From a bacterium (GTDB lineage: Bacteria; Patescibacteriota; Patescibacteriia; Buchananbacterales; GWA2-38-13): a stretch of DNA of 49,564 bases. How positions within the stretch are numbered: the stretch's first letter is position 1; each line of letters opens with the position of its first letter. The notes under the pieces are model-generated. The model saw nothing but the letters and a program-made list of their open reading frames with translations, was not told the DNA's origin and did not search any database. Where the stretch lies: positions 1 to 49,564 of the forward strand of contig JAUSGZ010000007.1 of the NCBI GenBank assembly GCA_030648715.1. The letters run 5' to 3'. Positions 7,566 to 15,871 of the stretch are shown here, piece by piece. The position numbers were made by a program, and so were the translations under genes.

Positions 7566-9863
7566 ATGAAACATGAAACTCACAACATGAAACAAGGGAC
7601 GGAGAAGCAACCGCCGCAGTGTTCCATGTTCTATGTTCCATGTTCCAGGGGCCAACGGCGCGGCTACACGCTCCTGGAAACCATTCTCGCTATCGCCATC
7701 GTGGGCACGCTGGTGGTCGGTGTGCTGTCCGTGTTCAACTACGCCCTGGCGGTCATCGCCGAAACAAAGGCGCGTACGGGCGCGATCACTTTAGTTGAAC
7801 AGCAGCTGGAGATGGTGCGCAATCTTCCGTACGACGCCATCGGCACCACCGGCGGCATTCCGGCGGGACCTTTGCCGCAAACCCAGACCGTCACCCTGAA
7901 TAACGTCAGTTACACCATGACCATCCAGGCCGTCTACTTTGACGACCCGTTCGATGGCACGGTCGGCGGCGCGCCCAACGACCTGCTGGGCAACGACTAC
8001 AAAAAGGTCCGTATTGCGGCGGCCTGGCAAGGGCGATTCTCGGCAAAAACCTACGTCGGGCTGACCATTGTGGCCCCCAAGGGCGTGGAAACGAACGCCG
8101 GGGGCGGCACGCTCTCCATCCTGGTCTTTGATGCCGGCGGCGCCGGGGTGCCCCAGGCGGACGTGACGGTCGTCAACAGCCTGGTCAACCCGCCAGTCAA
8201 CCTGACGGTGCAAACGGATGCCAGCGGCCGCTACCTGCTGCCCGGGGCTCCAGCCTCGGTGAACGGCTACCAGGTCACTGCGACCAAGGCCGGCTTCAGC
8301 ACGGACAAGACCTGCACGACTGACCCGGCCGGGGCGGGCTGTAGCGGCGCCATCGGCAACCCGACGCCCACCAAGCCGCATGTCACGGTCATCGCTGGCC
8401 AACTGACCGATATCAGTTTCGCCATCGACCGGCTTTCCAGCATGGTCGTGCAGACCATCCGCCAACCCACCCCCAGCGATTGGGTCATTAATACCGGCGG
8501 TAACGGCTTTGACCAGGATAACCCGGCCATCGCCCTCTGCCCGAACGGCAACTACCTGTTCGTCTGGCGCGACGCCCGGCAGAACAACAATCCGCGCATC
8601 TATGCCCAGCAGTACACGCCGGCCAAAACCGCGGTGTGGAACCCCGACCTCGCCATTACCACGTCCAATAACCAGAACAACCCGGACGTGCAGCCGGACA
8701 GCAGCTGCAATATCTACTACGCCTGGCAGGACGACCGGAACGGCAACCAGGATATCTACTTCGACAAATACGATTCAGCGGGCGTGGATGCCTGGACCGA
8801 CGCCAAAAAAGTCAACGTCGCTGCGCAGAACGCCGACCAGACCTACCCGCAAGTCGTGGTCAACGCCAGCTCCACGTTCGAATACATCGTTTGGCAGGAC
8901 GCCTCGGCGGATGCCGGCGACATCTACGCTCAAAAGTTCGATACCGCCGGCGATCCGGTGTGGGGCAGCGAGGTCAAGGTCAACTCCGACGTCGGCGCGG
9001 CGACGCAATCGCTGCCGGTGCTCGCCTTGGACGTGGATGAGAATCTGATCTTGGTGTGGCATGATGACCGGGACGGCCACAACGATATCTTCGGCCAGAA
9101 ATTCACCAAAGACGGCGTTCGCCTGTGGTCGCCCGATAAAAAACTGAACACCGACAACGGCGCGACCGAACAGATCAACCCGGCGTTCGTTTTGGATGCC
9201 AGCGGCGTGTTCTACGCCGCGTGGGAGGACGGCCGCAACGGCGACAGCGACATCTACGCCCAGCGGTATGACGCCAACGGCGTTCCCCAATGGGGGCAAG
9301 ACGTGCGCGTCAACAGCGACCTCGGGACGGCCAACCAAGGCGACCCCTCTATCGTGCTTTCGGGCAACGGAACGCTGGTCATCGTCTGGGAAGACCACCG
9401 CAACGGCACCAACGACGTCTACCTGCAGCAGCTGGACAGCAACGGGACAAAATTGGTTCCCTTCGACACGCGCGTGAACAGCTCGACGAACGGCGAGCAG
9501 GAGAACCCCGAGGTAACCCTGAATGCGAGCGGGAAGATCGTCATCGTCTGGCAGGATAACTCGGAGGGCAACTTCGACATCCGCGCCGCCATCTACGACG
9601 ACAACCCGCAGACCGTCACGCCGGTCGCGAACGTGCCGTTCACGCTCCGGGGGAACAAACGCATTGGCGAAAACCCGGTCATTAATAAATACGTGCAGAC
9701 GCATACCACCGACGGCAGCGGCACCCTCACCATCCCTAATCTGGAGTGGGACCCCGGCTATACGCTCACACCCATCGGCTACACCCTCCTGCGCTCCGAA
9801 CCGGCGCAGCCAACCGCGCTTGATCCCAACACCACGCTGACGGTCATCCTCAATCTGCAATGA
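7566..9863 (+). CDS. giant pilin-like protein (PilV-like N-terminus + CarboxypepD_reg-like domains + seven-repeat propeller-like body)
   Basis: Class III signal and prepilin motif RRG|YTLLETILAIAIVG. The start is uncertain (ATG at 7566, 7587 or 7626). Seven repeats of the type (V/A)W.D.R.G..DIY.Q. CarboxypepD_reg-like stretch QTDASGRYLLPGAP..YQVTATKAGF. ATGA overlap with the next gene. Confidence 0.8.
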   Translation: MKHETHNMKQGTEKQPPQCSMFYVPCSRGQRRGYTLLETILAIAIVGTLVVGVLSVFNYALAVIAETKARTGAITLVEQQLEMVRNLPYDAIGTTGGIPAGPLPQTQTVTLNNVSYTMTIQAVYFDDPFDGTVGGAPNDLLGNDYKKVRIAAAWQGRFSAKTYVGLTIVAPKGVETNAGGGTLSILVFDAGGAGVPQADVTVVNSLVNPPVNLTVQTDASGRYLLPGAPASVNGYQVTATKAGFSTDKTCTTDPAGAGCSGAIGNPTPTKPHVTVIAGQLTDISFAIDRLSSMVVQTIRQPTPSDWVINTGGNGFDQDNPAIALCPNGNYLFVWRDARQNNNPRIYAQQYTPAKTAVWNPDLAITTSNNQNNPDVQPDSSCNIYYAWQDDRNGNQDIYFDKYDSAGVDAWTDAKKVNVAAQNADQTYPQVVVNASSTFEYIVWQDASADAGDIYAQKFDTAGDPVWGSEVKVNSDVGAATQSLPVLALDVDENLILVWHDDRDGHNDIFGQKFTKDGVRLWSPDKKLNTDNGATEQINPAFVLDASGVFYAAWEDGRNGDSDIYAQRYDANGVPQWGQDVRVNSDLGTANQGDPSIVLSGNGTLVIVWEDHRNGTNDVYLQQLDSNGTKLVPFDTRVNSSTNGEQENPEVTLNASGKIVIVWQDNSEGNFDIRAAIYDDNPQTVTPVANVPFTLRGNKRIGENPVINKYVQTHTTDGSGTLTIPNLEWDPGYTLTPIGYTLLRSEPAQPTALDPNTTLTVILNLQ

Positions 9864-10498
9864 GAATTTTGAAATTCAGAATTACCGGTTTGCCCCTTGT
9901 GGCACGGGCGGGACTGACCATCCTGGAGGTCGTCATCTCCATCGCGATCTTCACCACCGCGACGCTGATCATCGCCGGCTATATCGTCCAGGGTTACCGC
10001 GTCAACCGCTTCGCCATGGAACAAGCCGATGCCCTTGAGCATGCCCGCCGCGCCATGGACAGCATGGCCAAAGAGATCCGCGAGGCGGACTTTTCCGACC
10101 TCGGCAGCTACCCAATAGCCTCGGCGACCAACCAAAGCTTTTCGTTCTACAGCAACCTGGATGGCGACAACGCGGTGGAAAAGATCCGTTACTTCCTGGA
10201 GGGGACGAACTTCAACAAGGGGGTTATTGAACCGGGCGGCAACCCGCTGGCCTATAACCCCGCCGGCGAAAAGATCACCGTCATTTCGAGCTATGTACGC
10301 AACGGGGCCGACCCCATCTTCAACTACTACGACGGCAACTACCCCAGCTCCACCACCCCGCTTGCCGCGCCCGCGAATCCCAACCAGGTGAAGCTCATCC
10401 AGCTGAACCTGCGCGTCAACATCGACCCGAGCACCGCCCCCGACGACCTGACTCTGAACACGTTCGTCCAGATACGGAATTTGAAGGACAACTTATGA
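9860..10498 (+). CDS. minor pilin-like protein (PilW/GspJ-like)
   Basis: 212 aa. Prepilin motif ARAG|LTILEVVISIAIF with Glu5. ATGA overlaps at both ends. Confidence 0.75.
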   Translation: MRILKFRITGLPLVARAGLTILEVVISIAIFTTATLIIAGYIVQGYRVNRFAMEQADALEHARRAMDSMAKEIREADFSDLGSYPIASATNQSFSFYSNLDGDNAVEKIRYFLEGTNFNKGVIEPGGNPLAYNPAGEKITVISSYVRNGADPIFNYYDGNYPSSTTPLAAPANPNQVKLIQLNLRVNIDPSTAPDDLTLNTFVQIRNLKDNL

Positions 10499-11982
10499 GA
10501 TTTCGAAATATCGAAATATCGAAATATCGAAATATCAGGGATGGTTCGATCTTGGTATCAACACTGGTCTTTTCCTTCATCTTCTTGATGATCGCAGGGG
10601 GACTGCTCGGGTTTGTCAGCCAACAACGCAAGCTGTCCCTGTCGCGGCAGGCGCAGCTGTCGGCGCTCCAGATCGCGGAGGCCGGCGCAAACTACTACCG
10701 CTGGCACCTCGCGCACGCCGTCAACGATTACGCCGACGGCACCGGGCAAACGGGATGCAATCCATGCGGCCCGTACGTACATAACGTTACCGACCCTTCC
10801 GGCACGGTCCTGGGCAGCTACAGTCTACTGGTCACCCCCCCGCCCCAAGGTTCCACCATCGTCAAGATAAAATCATCGGGTTCCAGCATCGCCAACCCGG
10901 CGTTGCGGCGGCATGTGGTCGCCCGCTACGGCCGGCCGTCGCTCGCTGCTTTCGCGGTGGTCGCCGACGCCAACCTGCGGTTCGGACTGGGCACCACCGT
11001 GAATGGACCGCTCCACTCCAACTACGGCATCCGTTTTGACGGACTGGCCTACAACGTCGTGACCAGCTACCAGCAGACCTACACCGACACCGATTCGGAC
11101 GCCTGCACCGCCAGCTCGTGGGCGGTTCACACCTGCGTCAGTCCCGCCGACCCATCCCCCAACACGCCGACGCAAACGCGGCTTGACGTATTTGCGGCCG
11201 GCCGGCAGTATCCCGTACCCCAGGTGGACTTCAACGCCATCACCGTCAACCTGGACCAGCTGCAGGACCTGGGTAACGCCCCTGACGGCTCCTATCATAA
11301 CCCATCCAACCAGCAGGGCTGGCACATCCAGTTCCTGGGCAACGGCACGTACCGCTATCGCAAGGTCAAGACCACCCGCACCTGTACCTACGGCGACCCG
11401 GAGGTGACCGTCGCGGTCGGCGATGTGTACGCGTACCAAGGCAACTGGGCGACGACTGCACTGCCGGCGAATGGTATAATCTTCGTGGAGGACAATGCCT
11501 GGGTGGACGGCACGCTGCAGAGCGGCGAACGCATCACGCTCATCGCCGCGATGGAACCACTCGCCTCGGGCAACGCAACCATCTGGGTCAATAATGACAT
11601 CCTCTACACCGTGCGGGACGGCACCGCGGCGCTCGGCCTGATCGCCCAAAAAGATATCTCGGCGGGGTTGTTCAGTGAGGATAACCTGGAGATCGACGCG
11701 GCGCTGCTGGCGCAAACCGGGCGCGTGGGACGTCCCTACTACCCGTCTGATTGCAGCCCCTCGTACTACCTGCGCGACACCATCACCGTCTACGGGTCCA
11801 TCGCCACGAAGCAACGCTACGGCTTTGCCTGGGTCTGCAGCGGCGTGCCCTGCTCCGGCTACAACATCCGTAACCTTAATTTTGACGGCACGATGACCTA
11901 CACGCCGCCGCCGTCGTTCCCCACGTCGGGTGAATACCGTTTTATTTCCTGGGAAGAGGTGCTCTCCGACGAAATCTATTAA
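10495..11982 (+). CDS. pilin-like protein without Glu5 (PilX/GspK-like N-terminus), large C-terminal domain of unknown fold
   Basis: 495 aa. Hydrophobic N-terminal helix DG|SILVSTLVFSFIFLMIAGGLLGF followed by QAQLSALQIAEAGANYY (PilX_N-like). Third gene of the ATGA-coupled pilin triplet. Confidence 0.65.
   Translation: MRFRNIEISKYRNIRDGSILVSTLVFSFIFLMIAGGLLGFVSQQRKLSLSRQAQLSALQIAEAGANYYRWHLAHAVNDYADGTGQTGCNPCGPYVHNVTDPSGTVLGSYSLLVTPPPQGSTIVKIKSSGSSIANPALRRHVVARYGRPSLAAFAVVADANLRFGLGTTVNGPLHSNYGIRFDGLAYNVVTSYQQTYTDTDSDACTASSWAVHTCVSPADPSPNTPTQTRLDVFAAGRQYPVPQVDFNAITVNLDQLQDLGNAPDGSYHNPSNQQGWHIQFLGNGTYRYRKVKTTRTCTYGDPEVTVAVGDVYAYQGNWATTALPANGIIFVEDNAWVDGTLQSGERITLIAAMEPLASGNATIWVNNDILYTVRDGTAALGLIAQKDISAGLFSEDNLEIDAALLAQTGRVGRPYYPSDCSPSYYLRDTITVYGSIATKQRYGFAWVCSGVPCSGYNIRNLNFDGTMTYTPPPSFPTSGEYRFISWEEVLSDEIY
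10503..10536. repeat. perfect tandem octamer repeat (TCGAAATA) x 4.25
   Basis: Sequence atgagatt-tcgaaata-tcgaaata-tcgaaata-tcgaaata-tc-aggg, read directly. Occupies codons 3-14 of the 10495..11982 ORF. AT-rich island in GC-rich DNA. Confidence 0.95.
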
Positions 11983-11986
11983 CGCC

Positions 11987-13054
11987 ATGCTGACCATTCC
12001 GGAACAAAATCTGTTCGGTCTCGACATCAGCCAGTCCAAGCTGCGCCTGGTGCAGATCCGCACCAAACACCGTCGCAAGTTGATCACGGCGCTGCGGGAA
12101 CTGCGGGTACCGGACGGCGTGATCGTCGACGGAGAGATTGCTGACCCCAAACAACTGGCCCAGCTGGTTGCAACCATCTACCGCGGCAAAGAACTGCGCG
12201 ACCGCATCGCGGGGAACGGCGTCATCTCCGTTTTGCCCGAAAGCAAAACCTTCATGAAACTCATCACCTTGCCAACCTCGGAGGTGGCCCAAATCGACGC
12301 CTTGTTGCGGGACGAGATCCCCCGCCACATCCCCCTCCCCCTGGAAGAGATCTACTATGACTGGCAGCCTTTGCCGAACGGCGTGGATGGCAAAACGCTC
12401 GTACTGCTGGGGGTGGCACCCAAACACCTGGTCGACGGGTACCTCGGCGTGCTGCGCGCCGCCGGGCTCCTGCCATTCGCCCTGGAGATCGAAGGGGCGC
12501 CGATCGCCCGCTGCCTGTTGAAGGACACCGCGACTGACGACCAGGCCGTCACCGTCATCATCGACATGGGGGCCGCCAGGACCGGCTTGATGGTAGTACG
12601 GTCAGGCGTCATTCAATTCACCGTCAGTCTGCCGGTCTCCGGCGACCGCATCACGCATACCATCGCCGAAACGCTCAAGATCAGCGGCCAGGAAGCCGAG
12701 GAGGCCAAGATCGTCTGCGGCCTGGACACGGAGCGCTGCCAGGGGGCGCTGAAAAAAGTGCTGTACGAAACCTTCGACGACCTGGTCAAAAAGATCGAAT
12801 CGTCGCTTGATTTCTACCGCGACAACTTCGCCGATGCCAAACCAGTCGGCGATATCCTGCTCACCGGCGGCGGCGCGAATTTTCTCAACGTCGACCAGAT
12901 CCTCTCGGAACGCCTGCAGCTCCCCATCCACATCGGCAACCCGCTGACGAACGTCAATCTGGCTAAGGCCTCGGTGCCGGCCGCAACGCTCCAGTCGTAC
13001 GCCACGGCCATCGGGCTGGCGCTGCGGGGTACGCACCGCGAAGCGGTCATCTAG
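11987..13054 (+). CDS. pilM: type IV pilus assembly protein PilM (actin-like ATPase fold)
   Basis: I chose the internal ATG at 11987 (MLTIPEQNLFGLDISQSKLRLVQI), 5 nt after the upstream stop at 11980-11982. The track start at 11930 overlaps the upstream gene. PilM-like strings FGLDIS, IIDMGAARTGL, LLTGGGANF. Confidence 0.85.
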   Translation: MLTIPEQNLFGLDISQSKLRLVQIRTKHRRKLITALRELRVPDGVIVDGEIADPKQLAQLVATIYRGKELRDRIAGNGVISVLPESKTFMKLITLPTSEVAQIDALLRDEIPRHIPLPLEEIYYDWQPLPNGVDGKTLVLLGVAPKHLVDGYLGVLRAAGLLPFALEIEGAPIARCLLKDTATDDQAVTVIIDMGAARTGLMVVRSGVIQFTVSLPVSGDRITHTIAETLKISGQEAEEAKIVCGLDTERCQGALKKVLYETFDDLVKKIESSLDFYRDNFADAKPVGDILLTGGGANFLNVDQILSERLQLPIHIGNPLTNVNLAKASVPAATLQSYATAIGLALRGTHREAVI

Positions 13055-13059
13055 CGCCT

Positions 13060-13617
13060 ATGCCGACCGTCACCCTCAACCTCATCCCGACCAGGGACAA
13101 ACAGGAACTTCGCCTGGTCAACCTATTTTTGGCGATCAAAAATCTCGTGTCGTTGGCGCTCATCGGCATGATCACGCTGGCGCTCGGATTGATCGCCGCC
13201 AAAGGGTTTCTCCAAAGCTACTTCAACCATCTGGTCGCCTCTAATACCCTCACCCGGGAAGCCGGACGGTTCGCGAATAACGACATTCGGACCTTCCGCA
13301 CCGAACTGGCCGCCGTACAGCAAGTGCAGCAAGAGTACATCCCGTTCAGCGAGCTGTTGCTGCAGCTGGGCAACCATATCCCGCCCGGCGTGGCCCTCAC
13401 GGATTTCAGCGTGGACAAGACCGGCGCGGCAGAGCTGTCGGGCATCGCGGCGCGCCGGGACGACCTGCTCGCGCTCCACGACCGGCTGGTCAAATCCGGT
13501 TTTGCCGATGAATTCGTCATCCCGCTGACCACCAAGTTCCAGGAGAATAACATCAAATTCCGCTTGTCCCTCAAATTGCGGGTTCCGCGCATCATCATCA
13601 CTGAACATGTCAATTAA
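13060..13617 (+). CDS. pilN: PilN-like pilus assembly protein
   Basis: 185 aa. N-terminal VTLNLIP motif followed by a single TM helix. Sits after pilM. Confidence 0.7.
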   Translation: MPTVTLNLIPTRDKQELRLVNLFLAIKNLVSLALIGMITLALGLIAAKGFLQSYFNHLVASNTLTREAGRFANNDIRTFRTELAAVQQVQQEYIPFSELLLQLGNHIPPGVALTDFSVDKTGAAELSGIAARRDDLLALHDRLVKSGFADEFVIPLTTKFQENNIKFRLSLKLRVPRIIITEHVN

Positions 13618-14227
13618 ACGGAAGATCTACATCACGATCAGCTTGGTCATCATCGCCCTGGCGGCCATGGGCTATTTCCTGGTCTGGCCGACCCTGCGCG
13701 AGATCACCGGTATCACGCAGGCGATCCAGCGCGAGCAGGAAGACCTCGAGCTGAAGTACCAGCGCGGGCAGCGCATCCGCAAGATCGCCTCAGAATACAA
13801 GAAGATCAAGCCCCAGCGCGACCGGCTCAACACGATTTTCGTTCCCAGCGGCGATGAGCTGCAGTTCATTACGACGCTGGAGCGCCTCGAACGTCAATAC
13901 CAGGTGGAGGTCGTGCCGACGCCTGACCAGCGTTCCAATGCGCTCGGGCCGAACGACCCGCTGCCGCTGTTGCTCTCCATCCGCGGCAACTATCCCAAGG
14001 TACTGCAATACCTCATCGCCCTGGAGCGGCTGAACTACTACTTCAACGTCGGCAGCATGTCCATTACCGGCGCCAATCCCGACACCGGGGCGCTGACCCT
14101 GAATCTTTCCGGCAGTATCCACCGCAAGCCATACCAGGCCAAAACCGCCGACAAACCTCCCGCCGCCCCGCCCGTACCGGAGGTTCCGACGGCCACCAGC
14201 GTCCCGCCCATCCTCCCGACCGAGTGA
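13607..14227 (+). CDS. pilO: PilO-like pilus assembly protein
   Basis: 206 aa. N-terminal TM helix, a coiled-coil stretch (QAIQREQEDLELKYQRGQ) and a Pro-rich tail. Called mainly from position after pilN. Confidence 0.5.
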   Translation: MSIKRKIYITISLVIIALAAMGYFLVWPTLREITGITQAIQREQEDLELKYQRGQRIRKIASEYKKIKPQRDRLNTIFVPSGDELQFITTLERLERQYQVEVVPTPDQRSNALGPNDPLPLLLSIRGNYPKVLQYLIALERLNYYFNVGSMSITGANPDTGALTLNLSGSIHRKPYQAKTADKPPAAPPVPEVPTATSVPPILPTE

Positions 14228-14571
14228 CCCCCGCCAAGCGTATGAAACTCAATTTCAAACTCACGCTCCACCGCAGTGCCGTGCCGCGCAAACGCAAGCG
14301 TCGCATCGCGCTGCCGCCGCAAGCGCTCTACCTGACCGCCATCATCCTGATGGCGCTGGCCATCGGCGGCGGGATCCTGGGCATCTATCGCGTCGTGGAG
14401 ACCACGCTCACCGCCTCTGAAGAGGTGCTCCGGCTGCGCCAAGAGGTTTCGGATGAGTCGTTCCAGACCGACGACTTTCTCACCGCGGTGGAACGCTTGG
14501 AAAAAAAGATGGCACAACCGGAACCTCCGGACTGGTCGGCCATCATCAACCCCTTCCTGGCCAACCGCTGA
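14224..14571 (+). CDS. hypothetical single-pass membrane protein in the PilP position
   Basis: 115 aa. Basic N-terminus (PRKRKRR) followed by TM helix LYLTAIILMALAIGGGILGIY. Its GTG start overlaps the pilO stop (GTGA); an alternative ATG is at 14242. Last gene before the terminator. Confidence 0.45.
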   Translation: MTPAKRMKLNFKLTLHRSAVPRKRKRRIALPPQALYLTAIILMALAIGGGILGIYRVVETTLTASEEVLRLRQEVSDESFQTDDFLTAVERLEKKMAQPEPPDWSAIINPFLANR

Positions 14572-14590
14572 TCGACATTTTCAGCAAGAT

Positions 14591-14618
14591 AAAAAACGCC
14601 GCGCCTGCGGCGTTTTTT
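14591..14618. terminator. bidirectional Rho-independent terminator
   Basis: aaaaaACGCCGC-gcct-GCGGCGTttttt between the convergent pil operon (+) and the nifU-like gene (-). Confidence 0.75.
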
Positions 14619-14638
14619 GATGATCAAACCCTTCGGCG

Positions 14639-14863
14639 CTAGACGGCTTCCACCCTGGTCACTCCGGGTACTTTGGCCTTCAGCGTCCGCTCGACGCCTG
14701 CCTTGAGCGTCACATTCGCCAGCGAACAGCCCGCGCAGGCGCCCTGGAGCTTGACGGTCACCACGCCGGACGGTGCCTCCACCCCGACCAGCTCGATATC
14801 GCCGCCATCGGCGTTGATGAACGGGCGCAGCTCGTCCAACACTTTGCGCACTTCGTTTTCCAT
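14639..14863 (-). CDS. NifU-like (Nfu C-terminal domain) Fe-S cluster protein
   Basis: 74 aa. VRKVLDELRPFINADGGDIELVGV...LQGACAGCS, the typical Nfu/NifU_C CxxC domain. Confidence 0.85.
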   Translation of the reverse strand: MENEVRKVLDELRPFINADGGDIELVGVEAPSGVVTVKLQGACAGCSLANVTLKAGVERTLKAKVPGVTRVEAV

Positions 14864-14872
14864 AAGATAACC

Positions 14873-15730
14873 CTACCAACGCTCGCCCGCCCTGCCCACG
14901 ATGATAGCAACCGGGGGGCTGGCGCGCAACAGCGTTTCCGTCACGTCATCCTTGGTCTTGCCGGCCAACGGCCAGTCGTGCACGGCCGACAGCAGCGTCG
15001 TTTCCGCGTAACGGTACTGCTCGCCGCGCTTGGTACCGGGGTCGTTCGTCACGAACTCGCGCCGCTCGGGGTCGTGGCCGCGCACCACCAGCATATGATA
15101 CAGCGGCCCCGGCTGGCGGAAGTACGGATTGCCGAGGTCCCGGCCGGCAAGCGGCAGCAGCACCAGCCGCCCCGCGGAGAGGTGCCCCCGGATGCTCTCG
15201 GCAGTCGGGTCGGATTCTACCGCGGCCGACAGCTGGAAATAATCGCGCAGGATGAGCGCGGTTTCGGCGGCCGTCACATCCACGCCGTAGCCGTTTACGG
15301 CTTCCCACTTCGCCAGATTCAATATCCCCTGCTCCATCAAGTGGGCATTCAACGACGCTCCCGAAAAAAATGCGTCCGCCATCAGCATCGACGCCTCTTC
15401 GCACGCCTCGTTATGCAATTCGTCCCACACCGCGTACGGAGCCTGCGGCGCGAACGGCACTGGCAAAATGAGCTGCCCCGAAACGGCGGACGGGGACGGG
15501 CTGGGACTGGGAAGCGGGGGCGGCAACGGCGAGGGCGTCGGACTGACCGGAGCGCTCGGTGAGGGCGCAGGCACCGACGGAGTTGTCCCGGGACTAGGCT
15601 CCGGAGATGGCGACCCCACCGGCACAGGGCTAACCGATGTCACTCCAGCTGCTCCATCCCTAACCGGGACCCGGCTGCAGCCGGCAAGGATCACCACGAA
15701 CGCCGCAAACACAAAACAACGAGTACGCAT
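14873..15730 (-). CDS. lipoprotein with Pro/Ser-rich linker and C39-like cysteine peptidase domain
   Basis: 285 aa. Lipobox VILAGC|S, then about 70 aa of P/S/V linker. C39_2-like core LPVPFAPQAPY...NEACEEASMLMA ... HMLVVRGHD ... NDP. Confidence 0.6.
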   Translation of the reverse strand: MRTRCFVFAAFVVILAGCSRVPVRDGAAGVTSVSPVPVGSPSPEPSPGTTPSVPAPSPSAPVSPTPSPLPPPLPSPSPSPSAVSGQLILPVPFAPQAPYAVWDELHNEACEEASMLMADAFFSGASLNAHLMEQGILNLAKWEAVNGYGVDVTAAETALILRDYFQLSAAVESDPTAESIRGHLSAGRLVLLPLAGRDLGNPYFRQPGPLYHMLVVRGHDPERREFVTNDPGTKRGEQYRYAETTLLSAVHDWPLAGKTKDDVTETLLRASPPVAIIVGRAGERW

Positions 15731-15871
15731 AGATCTATCCTAGCGGAATGCTCCCGCGCCGGCAATCAATGATTGACTTTCCGTTTGAACTGTGGTACGG
15801 TTCGTGGTCGCCTCAACTGGCGGCCTCAAAGCCACGAGATGTGTGGCTAGCACTTTTTCAAGGAGACACTA

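Noticed and set aside
10503-10536. Octamer arrays read as a CRISPR array or plasmid iterons
   Set aside because: The units are 8 bp with no spacers, are only 34-40 bp in total, and lie inside coding sequence. No cas or rep genes are present.
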